From contig CAVRBU010000012.1 of NCBI GenBank assembly GCA_963719315.1, positions 32,001 through 96,000 of the forward strand: DNA of 64,000 nt. The letters run 5' to 3'. The first letter of the stretch is position 1; each line of letters begins with the position of its first letter. The stretch comes from an uncultured Planctomycetota bacterium. GTDB taxonomy: Bacteria; Planctomycetota; Planctomycetia; Pirellulales; Lacipirellulaceae. The notes beneath the pieces are model-generated. The model saw only the letters and a program-made list of their open reading frames with translations. It was not told the DNA's origin and made no database searches. The position numbers and the translations under genes were made by a program. Positions 52,549 to 64,000 of this stretch are shown here, in pieces.

Positions 52549-53654
52549 ATGCTCGATTGCGTCACCGAAATACCGCTGCCCGGCCGCATCTTGGCGCTGC
52601 CCAATACGTCTCGCAGCGGCGGCTCCGCCCGAGATCCATTGCCTGCCTTTGTCGCTGGTCCTGAAAATCGTCTCGTCGCCGGCGCGATCAATGGTTTACT
52701 GCGCATCGACGTCCGCCGCCTCAGACGCCGCGCCGGCAACGCAAGTCGCCCCGTCCGTTCTTGTGTTGTTCGGCCACAGCGGCGTCGGCAAGTCGCATCT
52801 AGCACTCGGCTTAGTCCGCCACTGGCAATCGCAACTCGGCGCCGAAAGCGCGGTGTACACAACGGCCGCCGACTTTCGCCACCGCTGGAACGACGCTATC
52901 AAGCGGCAGGACGAGCTTGAATTCCGCGCAGAGTTCCGCGGTCGCCAATTGCTTGCCATCGACGACCTGCAGCACCTGCCGGCCGACGACCACGTTCTCG
53001 AGGAACTGCGTTACACTCTCGACGACTACGAAGAACGCGGCGCCACCGTCGTCGTCACTTCCGTCGAACCGATCGTCGCGCTCCCGGATCTTTCGCCCGA
53101 TCTTCGCAGCCGGCTCGCTGGCGGATTAGCGCTGCAGCTCGCGCCGCCCGGAGACGCCGCCCGCGGACGGATCATCCGCCACGCTGCGCACGCGCTCGAT
53201 CGGTCAATTTCCGACGAAGCCGCCGATCGCCTGGCTCGCGGCATCGAGGATACCGCCAACAGCTTGTTTCAGCGCTGTATTCAAACTCTGTACGCCCGAC
53301 GGCAACCATCGGGGCAACGACGCGCAACGCGCCGAGCAATTGCTGGCCGCCCGGGCGGCGCGACGCCCTACGCTTCGCGAAATCGTTGCGGTCGTCGCCC
53401 GCTATCAGAATTTGCCGCAATCGCAATTGAAAAGCAGTTCGCGCTGCCAGTCGATCGTCTTCGCCCGTGGCATCGTCGTGTTCCTGGCCCGCGAACTGGC
53501 CGGCTCGAGCTACGACGAAATCGGCCGCGCACTCGGCGGCCGCGATCACACCACCATCATCCACAACTACCGTAAAATGGCTGCCCAACGCGAGTGCGAT
53601 CCGCAAACTCAACGAACTCTAGAACACCTCCGTCGCTTTCTATTGAGTCGCTAA
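52549..53654 (+). CDS. dnaA: Short DnaA-family initiator (AAA+ and domain IV; frameshifts near 52705 and 53275)
   Basis: FVAGPEN, GHSGVGKSHL, IDDLQ, LRSRLAGG, GGRDHTTIIH in three frames; upstream of dnaN. Confidence 0.8.
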
Positions 53655-54016
53655 TTTCCAACCTGTGCAAACCCTGTTCGTGCCGAGTCGATAAGCCGCG
53701 AGAATTGGTGTTCAACTACTTCGAACAATCCAAACCACACAAAGTACCCCCGAATTCCAACATTTACCGAACGGTCGGCAAACACGTCATCGACACGCAT
53801 TCCCCACGAGCGAATAGTTCGTAACCGCAAGCCGCTTCTAATGATATGATGGCCATCGATGGCGCCGCCAACACTCAAAAGCGTCGCGATATAACTAATA
53901 CAAGATTCTAACATTACTATTAATCAAACCACGCCTCCCATTCATCCGTCACACTCAGCCGCAAACAAATCACGGCGGGCCGAGGATCCTCGGCGATCAA
54001 AAGGAACTCAATCACG
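53655..54016. other. Candidate replication origin region
   Basis: dnaA-dnaN intergenic spacer with an AT-rich stretch (~53890-53928) and only degenerate DnaA-box-like 9-mers (e.g. TCATCGACA). Confidence 0.35.
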
Positions 54017-55133
54017 ATGAAGATTACTTGTAACCGCGAAAAAATGCTGCATGCGTTTCAAACCGTGGCCGCTATCGCGCCGGCTCGCAGCCCCAAGGTG
54101 ATTCTGCAAAACGTCAAGCTCGAAGTGACGAAAGATAAGGCCACGTTGATGGCCACCGACCTCGAAGTCGGTATTCGTTACGAAGTGACCGGTGTCGAAG
54201 TCGACGTGCCCGGCGCCGCCGTTCTTCCGGTCGCCCGCTTCGGCTCGATCCTTCGCGAGAGCAGCGATGCCACATTCCGCATCGAAGCCGGCAACGAGGG
54301 CACGCAGATTCGCGGCGAACGCAGCCAGTTCAAGCTGCCTTCCGAGAACCCGCAAGATTTCCCGCCGATCGCGGAATTCGGCGAGACGAGTTACTACGAA
54401 GTTTCCGCGAGGCTGTTCCGCGAGTTGATCCGGCGAACGATCTTTTCGACCGACAACGAAAGCAGCCGCTATGCGCTCGGCGGCATTAAACTTGAGTGGA
54501 AAGACAACCTGTTGACCGCCGTCGGCACCGATGGTCGCCGGCTTGCGAAGATGGATGGCCCCGCCCAATCGGTTGGCGAACCCGCCCCTTTCGGAGACGT
54601 AACCGTCGTTCCCACGCGGGCCATGAACCTGCTCGAACGCGCGCTTGGCCGAGGATGGCAGCGAAGTTCAAATCGCCATTCGACAAAACGATATTCTCGT
54701 CAAAAACCCACGGGCCACAATTTACTCGCGGCTCCTCGAAGGCCGCTATCCGCGCTGGCGCGATGTGTTCCCGCAACGCCCCACGTCGACCAAGATTCCG
54801 CTCACCGTCGGACCGGTCTACTCGGCCGTCCGCCAGGCGGCCATCGTGACCAGCGAAGAGAGCCGCGGCATCGATTTCACATTCGGCGAAGGATCGCTGG
54901 TCCTCTCCGGCCAAACCGCCGAAGTTGGTCAGTCGCGCATCGAGTTGCCGATCGCCTACGACGGCACGCCAATCTCGATTACGCTCGACCCGCGCTTCGT
55001 GAGCGATTTCCTGAAAGTTCTAGAATCCGAAAAAGCATTCACGATCGACCTTCAAGACAGCGACGCAGCCGCCGTCTGCACGACCGACGACGGCTACGGG
55101 TACGTCATCATGCCCCTCGCCCGAGACCGCTAG
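54017..55133 (+). CDS. dnaN: DNA polymerase III beta clamp (frameshift near 54645)
   Basis: ATDLEVG, SRYALGG, GTDGRRLA; then SRLLEGRYP...YVIMPL in a second frame. Confidence 0.93.
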
Positions 55134-55181
55134 CGTCGGCGGCCACGCCGAATCTACCACTATCCACCACTGCCGCCACAC

Positions 55182-55553
55182 TTGCCCCAAGACGCCCGCA
55201 CCACAACCGCCGACTTCCTCGCCCGCCGCGAACGCGAGCAGCGCCGTCACTACGCGCGCAAGCCTAAAACGATCGGCAACATCCTGGCCCAACTAATCAC
55301 CGCCCGCGGTTACGGTCGCATCCAGGCCGATGCCGATTTCACCGCCGCCTGGCGAGCCGCCGTGGGAGAAGCTCTGGCCAAATACACTCACCCCGGACGC
55401 CTCCGCCGCGGTGTCCTGGAAATCACGGTTGCCAACTCGATGACCATCCAAGAACTCACGTTCCAAAAACAACAAGTCCTCACCAATCTCCAAACTACCC
55501 TGCCAGACGCAAGAATACGCGATCTCCGCTTCCGCGTCGGCAGCATTTCATAA
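55182..55553 (+). CDS. DUF721/DciA-family protein (start uncertain)
   Basis: PKTIGNIL, W..AVG, RRGVLEITVANS...QEL, LRFRVG; located between dnaN and gyrB. Confidence 0.8.
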   Translation: MPQDARTTTADFLARREREQRRHYARKPKTIGNILAQLITARGYGRIQADADFTAAWRAAVGEALAKYTHPGRLRRGVLEITVANSMTIQELTFQKQQVLTNLQTTLPDARIRDLRFRVGSIS

Positions 55554-55568
55554 AACAAGCAAATAAGT

Positions 55569-55700
55569 TCACCACAGAGACACGGAGTGCACCGAGAAGA
55601 AAGATGTCTTTGGAAATTTCCGAAATGACCGATTTCAAACGACAAATTGTCAATGACAAATCAATTTGTTTTCTTAGTGCCCTCCGCGTCTCCGTGGTGA
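55569..55700. repeat. REP-like long inverted repeat
   Basis: TCACCACAGAGACACGGAGTGCAC (55569-55592) pairs with GTGCCCTCCGCGTCTCCGTGGTGA (55677-55700), 21/24, around an AT-rich spacer. Confidence 0.75.
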
Positions 55701-55739
55701 GTCCGATATGAATCATCAATGCAGGCATAATCGAACAAG

Positions 55740-58285
<2,546 letters not shown>

Positions 58286-58335
58286 CAGGCCGGCGGCTAT
58301 AATCCAATGGTAATACACAGCAATTGAGGTGAGCC

Positions 58336-58578
58336 ATGGAAACTATTCGCGTTGTATTTGAAGGCGGCGTGTTTCGACCACTCGTCCCGATAACCCTCCC
58401 CGAACACGCCTAGTTTGTCGTCGAGCCGCGGCCGGTGCCTTCGCCAACATCTGAAAATGGCGAGGAACGTCAGTTTGGTACAGAGGAAGGTATGCACAAA
58501 ATCTACGCAATCCTCAGCGAGCGTTTCGATTCGGGATATACCGACACGGCAGCCCTTCACAATGAGAATCATCCGTAA
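58336..58578 (+). pseudogene. AF2212/DUF104-like antitoxin with in-frame TAG
   Basis: METIRVVFEGGVFRPLVPITLPEHA*FVVEP...IYAILSERFDSG.TDTA..HNE; stop at 58411; no toxin gene follows. Confidence 0.6.
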
Positions 58579-58704
58579 TCATCCGCTGCCTTGTTCGCGA
58601 CGGCCGTTCACGGTCGTACCTCGCCGCAGCGCATCGGATCCACCCACTGCCATAATTTGCTCGGTGGCCGCCTATCCTCGCCGCGTCTAGAAACTTGATT
58701 CCCC

Positions 58705-58962
58705 ATGACCGCCCCCAAGCTTAGCGATGAAATGCGTCAGGCGCTGGCCATGCGTCCAAGCGGCCCCATCCCAATCGAGGACGATCAAACGCAGAGCTTT
58801 TACGTGCTGCTCACCAAAGACGATTATTGCCGCCTGCACAACGACTACCTTCGCCGCGAGTTGCAAGTCGCGTTCGATCAGGTCGATCGTGGTGAAGTCA
58901 GCGATCTTGATATGTCGGCTCTTTTTGCCGAGGCGCATCGCCGCTATGCCGCGCGGCAATAG
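58705..58962 (+). CDS. Probable ParD-like antitoxin
   Basis: LRRELQVAFDQVDRGEVSDLDM; directly precedes a ParE-like fragment. Confidence 0.6.
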   Translation: MTAPKLSDEMRQALAMRPSGPIPIEDDQTQSFYVLLTKDDYCRLHNDYLRRELQVAFDQVDRGEVSDLDMSALFAEAHRRYAARQ

Positions 58963-58973
58963 GACGCAACCCA

Positions 58974-59162
58974 ATGCGCCTTCGAAAGATGCCCATCGCC
59001 GAACAAGATTTGCTCGGCATCTGGGCATATATTGCCCACGACAGCCCTGTCGCCGCAGACCGCTTCTGGCAACGCTTGGACGAGCGATTCCAATTGCTAC
59101 TGACACGTACGATCGAGTGTACACGGCGTTTACGGAGAACGAGTCTCGATATGAGTCAATAA
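58974..59162 (+). pseudogene. Truncated ParE/RelE toxin
   Basis: AEQDLLGIWAYIAHDSPVAADRF...L is the ParE N-half; similarity ends near 59105. Confidence 0.65.
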
Positions 59163-59230
59163 GCGACCGGCGTCGTGTGCTTTCGCGGAAGGGTAAGCGG
59201 GACCGTTGAGTTCGACAAGTACTTGTGCTC

Positions 59231-60080
59231 TCAATACGTGAGCAGCAAGCGATCCGCAACGACTTCCGCTTCGAGAGTTTGTCCACCCATCTGAAATCGC
59301 TTCAACATGGAGCGACCACAATGTACCGACTGCTCTCGCGCGAAAAGGCCATCGGGTATTGGAAGATCGCATATTTGGCTTCCGGACTTCTTAGTGCCGT
59401 CGATGCTGAGGACAACATAGACGCCGCGATGCTTGCACCGCGCGATCGCCTGAATTAATCGCGGCAGCGAAAATGACTGGGCGCCATACAAGATCGCCTG
59501 GCTGTGCGAATATGGCGGATCACAATAAATCAAGTCGCCTGATTTCGCCGAATCCATTGCTTCTTCAAAGTCCAGCTGCGCAAATTGCACATGAGTTGTG
59601 CGTTTGTGCCATAGATCGACGCGTCGCCCAAACGCATCGGGTGAAATGGGGCGGTGAATTCCACAAGGTGTAGACATGTATCCGTCCGCTTGCCGGAAGC
59701 GAACTACTCCGCCGTAGCAACTCCGACACAGGAAAACCAAATCGGCGCCATTCGGACTCGCGTTGTAAGACGCTTTGATCTGTTCGTACGCCTCCTTTTT
59801 GTCGCCCCGAGCAAATGAGTGCCAACGATCGGCATACCATCGCTTCAACATCGGCGGGTCGTTTCGAAGCGCGGCCCAAATCTCCATCAAAGGCCGAAAG
59901 GTATCCGAGGCGAATCCTGCAATAGGCGATAAAGTCGCCAAAACGCCACCACTTCCAAGAAACGGCTCGAAGTAGTTGCCAAATTTCGCAGGAAAACAGG
60001 CGACGATTTCATGGGCGAAACGCTGTTTATTTCCGACCCATTTCAATAGTTGCGACTTTCAGTGGCGCTGGCTGACCCAT
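59231..60080 (-). CDS. Dam/D12-family N6-adenine DNA methyltransferase
   Basis: LKWVGNK, EPFLGSG, YCDPPY. Probable start ATG 60080 with a 1-nt indel near 60058 (track ORF starts at 60046). Confidence 0.9.
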
Positions 60081-60198
60081 CAGCTTGTCGCCAAACATCA
60101 GTCGTTGCATACCGCCCTCCTTGGAGTTTTCAGCGCCCTAAGCCCGTTCAAACGAATCTATCCATCTGTACATCACTGGTCAATACGCCTGTACAAGA

Positions 60199-60215
60199 TA
60201 TCCATATTTGGGATA
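60199..60215. promoter_or_regulatory. Candidate controller-protein operator
   Basis: TATCC-N7-GGATA inverted repeat between the divergent MTase and HTH genes. Confidence 0.4.
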
Positions 60216-60244
60216 CGGCGTCAATAGGGTTCTATTGCCTATTC

Positions 60245-60487
60245 ATGCACAGAACAGTTTTCAGTCACGAACAAAAACAACTTTGTAAGCTCCTTCGCCA
60301 ACTTCGGTTAGCAGCTGGCTTGCGACAGGCTGACCTTGCCGATGTATTGGGAAAACCACAGTCATTTGTCAGCAAGTACGAGGCCGGCGAGCGGCGTTTG
60401 GACCTATTGGAGCTTCGACAAGTTTGTAATGCGCTGGGCCTGCCTTTGGCCGAACTCGTAGTACGGCTGGAGGCGCTCCTGGTATGA
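60245..60487 (+). CDS. XRE-family HTH regulator (probable R-M controller)
   Basis: LRQADLADVLGKPQSFVSKYEAGERRLD; ATGA overlap with the next gene. Confidence 0.85.
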   Translation: MHRTVFSHEQKQLCKLLRQLRLAAGLRQADLADVLGKPQSFVSKYEAGERRLDLLELRQVCNALGLPLAELVVRLEALLV

Positions 60488-61407
60488 TCCCCAATCCGAA
60501 ATTCACAGGCTTGCCAAAGGACTTTTGGGCCAACATTCGAATTATCAGTCAGCATGTTGGCTACACTCAAAGAATTGCGCGTCCGCGCATCGCTTCCGGA
60601 AAATCTACAGCAGTTGTCAAAAAGCGGGTTGGTCCAATCAAGATCCCCAATCTAGCTGAGATCACGGGCGCTTTGGAAGGGGCGGAGATTCGCTCCGACC
60701 ACCTCATGGCGAGAGCTGGAAAATCAACACGACTGGGTTCACTAGTTTTGGATTACTTCGATTATCGGGCAGATGTACTCAATAACTTCGTCCAGCCTAG
60801 GCTGATGGACAAGGACCAAGCGCGGACTTTATTCGAGAACTTGCAGGCGAAACTGCGTCCAAAATGTCCGCTGCCAATGAATAAGCAAAAGGCAGCAAAA
60901 AAAGCGCCAGCATACTTCACCGGCGTGGTCAACATGCTAATTGAAGCCAACACAAACGGCATGCCTTGCAACTACAATCCGCTGGAGTTGACTACCGTTA
61001 CCCGGAATGGCGCGCCTCTGCGAACCTTAGCAAGACGAGTTGACGGTGCTTTTCCCCACCCGGTAAATCCGATAGCAATTTGGGAGATCAAAGAATACTA
61101 CTACACTACAACTTTTGGTAGCCATGTTGCGGACGGGGTTTATGAATCCCTTTTGGATGGCTTGGAATTGGAGGAACTTCGACAAACAGAAAGAATAGAC
61201 GTCAAGCACTACTTGATGATCGACGATCGATTCACATGGTGGGACTGCGGACGATCGTATCTATGCCGTATCGTGGACATGTTGCATATGGGTTACGTCG
61301 ACGAAGTATTGTTTGGCAAGGAAGTCACTGAGCGCCTTCCGGCCATAGTAAAGGAATGGATTAGGCTTGAGAAACGAAGCCGTATTAAATCTTCTGATAA
61401 GCGTTGA
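60484..61407 (+). CDS. Putative type II restriction endonuclease
   Basis: VDG...WEIKE PD-(D/E)xK-like motif; divergent M / C-R layout. Confidence 0.7.
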   Translation: MIPNPKFTGLPKDFWANIRIISQHVGYTQRIARPRIASGKSTAVVKKRVGPIKIPNLAEITGALEGAEIRSDHLMARAGKSTRLGSLVLDYFDYRADVLNNFVQPRLMDKDQARTLFENLQAKLRPKCPLPMNKQKAAKKAPAYFTGVVNMLIEANTNGMPCNYNPLELTTVTRNGAPLRTLARRVDGAFPHPVNPIAIWEIKEYYYTTTFGSHVADGVYESLLDGLELEELRQTERIDVKHYLMIDDRFTWWDCGRSYLCRIVDMLHMGYVDEVLFGKEVTERLPAIVKEWIRLEKRSRIKSSDKR

Positions 61408-61493
61408 GCCTAGTGCTATTGCGATAATGACCTTTGCTGTCCACGACTTGTCACTGCTTACGCGTCAAAACGCCCCAGCACGGGGAACGACGA

Positions 61494-61637
61494 ATGATGG
61501 GAGAACTCGACAGCGCCGTTTTGACGACCGACCTGACCGAAAATGGTTTCAGCGCAGGCGTTCTGGGAACCTTTGTGCTCGTCCACAACACTGTCCGAAA
61601 GTGGTGGGTTATCGCACGAGCTCCAAACGCTCAGTGA
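61494..61637 (+). pseudogene. DUF4926-like remnant
   Basis: MMGELDSAVLTTDLTENGFSAGVLGTFVLVH resembles the DUF4926 N-terminus, then diverges. Confidence 0.45.
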
Positions 61638-61650
61638 AGGATTCCTAAAC

Positions 61651-62706
61651 ATGCCACCCATCCGCCACGACCCCGAACGCGTAATCGACCTCGACCTCGT
61701 GCGCTGCACCGAGAATGCCGCACTTGCCGCCTGGAAATTCTTCGGCAAGGGCGACAAGAACCAGGCCGACGGCGCCGCCTCCGACGCCATGCGCGGGATG
61801 TTCGGGCTGATCGACTTCAAGGGCCTCGTCCGCATCGGCGAAGGCCACAAGGACGATGCGCCCGGCATTTTCGAGGACGAGAAGCTTGGCACGTGGCGCG
61901 ACGGCGCGATCCCGGCCGCCATCGCCATCGACCCGATCGACGGCACAACGCTTACCTCAAAAGGCCTGCCGGGCGCGATCAGCGTGTTGGCCGTCAGTGC
62001 GTGCGCGTCGCCGAACGACGACCCGCGTGAACTGTTCCCGTCCATCCCCTCGCATTACATGGAGAAAATCGCCGTCGGCCAGGCGGTGGCCGAGAGTGAT
62101 GTGCGGGTGCAGATCGACGCGCCGCTGGAAGCCAATCTGAGCATCATCGCCGGCCAGTTGCAGAAGCGGCTTCGCGACCTGGTCGTTGTCGTGCTCGATC
62201 GGCCGCGGCATCAGGCGATCATCGACACCCTTCGCAGCGTCGGCTGCCGCGTTCGCCTGATCGGCGACGGCGACGTGGCGGCCGCCATCGCGCCGAGCCT
62301 GCCCGACTCGGGCGTCGACGCCTACGTCGGCATCGGCGGCAGCCCCGAGGCCGTGATCTCCGCGGCCGCCATCAAGTGCCTCGGCGGCCAGCAACTCTGC
62401 CGCATGTGGCCCAAGGACGCGGCTGAACGCCAACATCTGCTCGACGACAAGCTATGCACCGAGGCCGATTTGCGCAAAGTGTGGACAGTTGAAATGATGG
62501 CCCCCGGCGAACACGTCATCTTCGCCGCCACCGGCATCAGCGATTCGCCAATGTTGCCCGGCATCACCTACCGCGATCAACATTGCGTGACGCACTCCAT
62601 CCTGATGCGGGCTCGCAACCGCACCGTCCGCCGCATCCAGGCCTACCACGACATCGCCCGCAAGACGATCCGCATGCACTCGACCGGCCAGGAAATGCCG
62701 CTCTAA
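61651..62706 (+). CDS. glpX: Class II fructose-1,6-bisphosphatase
   Basis: TENAALA, ADGAA.DAMR, IGEG, DPIDGT, YMEK, LDRPRH, DGDV, FAATG. Confidence 0.93.
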   Translation: MPPIRHDPERVIDLDLVRCTENAALAAWKFFGKGDKNQADGAASDAMRGMFGLIDFKGLVRIGEGHKDDAPGIFEDEKLGTWRDGAIPAAIAIDPIDGTTLTSKGLPGAISVLAVSACASPNDDPRELFPSIPSHYMEKIAVGQAVAESDVRVQIDAPLEANLSIIAGQLQKRLRDLVVVVLDRPRHQAIIDTLRSVGCRVRLIGDGDVAAAIAPSLPDSGVDAYVGIGGSPEAVISAAAIKCLGGQQLCRMWPKDAAERQHLLDDKLCTEADLRKVWTVEMMAPGEHVIFAATGISDSPMLPGITYRDQHCVTHSILMRARNRTVRRIQAYHDIARKTIRMHSTGQEMPL

Positions 62707-62784
62707 TTGTCCGTAGTCCATTGCCCGTCGTCCGTCGCGGTGGCACGCTTCGTTCTTCCTGCAACGGACCACGGACCACCGACT
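62707..62784. repeat. Heptamer-periodic palindromic repeat
   Basis: TTGTCCG-like units followed by complementary ACGGACC/CAACGGA units. Confidence 0.6.
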
Positions 62785-62800
62785 GCAAATTGCAACCAGC

Positions 62801-63451
62801 ATGAACGCCGAACGCATCATTTCCTGGCTTCCGCTTGCCTCACTGATCGGTTTTCTCTGCATCGTGATCATCCGCACGATCATGCTTGGCCACCGGGGCA
62901 TTCGGGCAAGGGTTCGCGATCCAAACAGATCGCGTACTGCCCGAATCATTGAAACTACTTCCGGCATCGTGTTCTGGATGTGGGTCTGGATGGTCGTCGA
63001 ATTCACATGGCCCCCGCCGCCGACCTGGTTCCCGCACTGGCTGACATTCCAACTCGTCGATTCGCCAGTTGCAAAGTGGATCGGCGCAGTGTTCGTCATC
63101 ATTCCCGTCATCGTGTACCCGATCACGCTCGCCGACATGGGCAACTCCTGGCGGATGGGCATCGATCGCCAGGCACACAACCCCTCCTCCACCGACTCGA
63201 GCCGGCCGCCGTCGACGCTCGTTACGCACGGGCTCTTCCGTTTCGCCCGCAACCCGATCTATGTTATCGTCGACATGCTGTTTTTCGGCACGTTTCTGAT
63301 CCTTGGCCAAATCGTGTTCCTCATTTTTGCTGTTGCCTTCGCGATCTTGATCCACCTGCAAGTCCTGCGCGAAGAGCGATTCCTCGCCGAACGATACGGC
63401 GAACAATACGAAGCCTACCGCCGTCGAGTCCGCCGCTATGGCGTGTTCTAA
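62801..63451 (+). CDS. Isoprenylcysteine carboxyl methyltransferase/PEMT family membrane protein
   Basis: MGNSWRMGID, LVTHGLFRFARNPIY, EERFL...YG..YEAY...V.RY. Confidence 0.85.
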   Translation: MNAERIISWLPLASLIGFLCIVIIRTIMLGHRGIRARVRDPNRSRTARIIETTSGIVFWMWVWMVVEFTWPPPPTWFPHWLTFQLVDSPVAKWIGAVFVIIPVIVYPITLADMGNSWRMGIDRQAHNPSSTDSSRPPSTLVTHGLFRFARNPIYVIVDMLFFGTFLILGQIVFLIFAVAFAILIHLQVLREERFLAERYGEQYEAYRRRVRRYGVF

Positions 63452-63513
63452 TCGTCCGTTGTCCGTTGGTGCGGACACAGAATGCCTTTTGCGACGGACC
63501 ACGGACAGGCGAC
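63452..63513. repeat. Heptamer-periodic palindromic repeat (second copy)
   Basis: TCGTCCGTTGTCCGTTG ... GCGACGGACCACGGAC. Confidence 0.6.
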
Positions 63514-63654
63514 GTGCTAGCGTCCCCCGCGGTTTCGTAATAAATCGGACCTGTACAAACACTTACCTACGCGCAACTCGCGTATAGAATTCCAGGAAGT
63601 AGTCGTATGTCCGTTCCTAGCACGCGCGCCCGCATGAGGCCCGAAATTGCTCCC

Positions 63655-64000
63655 ATGAAACGCGAACTTATCACCAAGCTCCACGCCACGCTCGAAAAGC
63701 TGGTGCACAAGGAAACCGCCACCGGCACCGAATTCTGGCTTGCCCGCGATCTGCAAAAGGTGCTCGGCTATGTCCGGTGGGCCAACTTCGAGAAGGTGAT
63801 TCATAAGGCCATCATGTCGTGCGAGCTGGCAGGCTACCCGTCGGACGACCATTTCTTGCCAGTCGACAAGATCGACGATCTGGTGAAATCGCCGCGGCAG
63901 GTGCGCAACTTCGCGCTCACGCGCTACGCCTGCTACCTTATTGCCCAGAATGCCGATTCGTCGAAGGACCCAGTCGCGTTCGCGCAGACCTACTTCGCCG
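63655..64000 (+). CDS. dinD: DNA damage-inducible protein D (partial; runs off the window)
   Basis: Manual translation: EFWLARDLQKVLGY..W.NF..VI.KA...C...DHF...LTRYACYLIAQNAD..K..VAFAQTYFA. Confidence 0.85.
   Translation, partial: MKRELITKLHATLEKLVHKETATGTEFWLARDLQKVLGYVRWANFEKVIHKAIMSCELAGYPSDDHFLPVDKIDDLVKSPRQVRNFALTRYACYLIAQNADSSKDPVAFAQTYFA

Noticed and set aside
58411..58413. In-frame TAG as pyrrolysine or stop-codon recoding
   Set aside because: TAG terminates ordinary genes here (e.g. hemA, dnaN) and no pyl genes are present; a nonsense mutation or base error is simpler
63545..63600. Possible SOS box upstream of dinD
   Set aside because: CTGTACAAACAC has no convincing palindromic partner and the LexA motif for this lineage is not known to me

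Overview
Bacterial chromosome window, most likely a planctomycete of the Pirellulales/Lacipirellulaceae type. This is inferred from the PEP-CTERM protein with a GDYNxNGVVDAADY repeat, the short DnaA beside dnaN-DUF721-gyrB, and planctomycete-like small proteins. The left ~42 kb looks like an accessory redox/low-oxygen island. It opens with a CoA-disulfide reductase-rhodanese, a USP/CBS/YbaK/Rv2004c-like stress cluster, fbaB and a broken nfnA. A 21 kb heme block follows, with three cytochrome c maturation sets (fused CcsBA; Ccm system I* with a CxxxY CcmE; split CcsB+CcsA). The same block holds a stand-alone HemA dimerisation-domain protein, a PEP-CTERM protein with a CxxCH motif, and a 14-heme MtrA/DmsE-like cytochrome next to an MtrB-like porin. 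Together these make a candidate unusual extracellular electron transfer system, with sigma-54-type promoters in the island. Three IS elements (IS1182, IS630, IS5) have readable ends. The right part is core genome: argH, a sigma-54 activator, hemX-like, hemA, scpB, a cysteine desulfurase, dnaA-dnaN-dciA-gyrB, glpX and dinD. A type II R-M cassette and toxin-antitoxin remnants lie after gyrB. Single-base frameshifts in essential genes (dnaN, gyrB) indicate uncorrected sequencing indels, so frameshift-based pseudogene calls are uncertain. All calls come from motif reading by eye; no searches were run.
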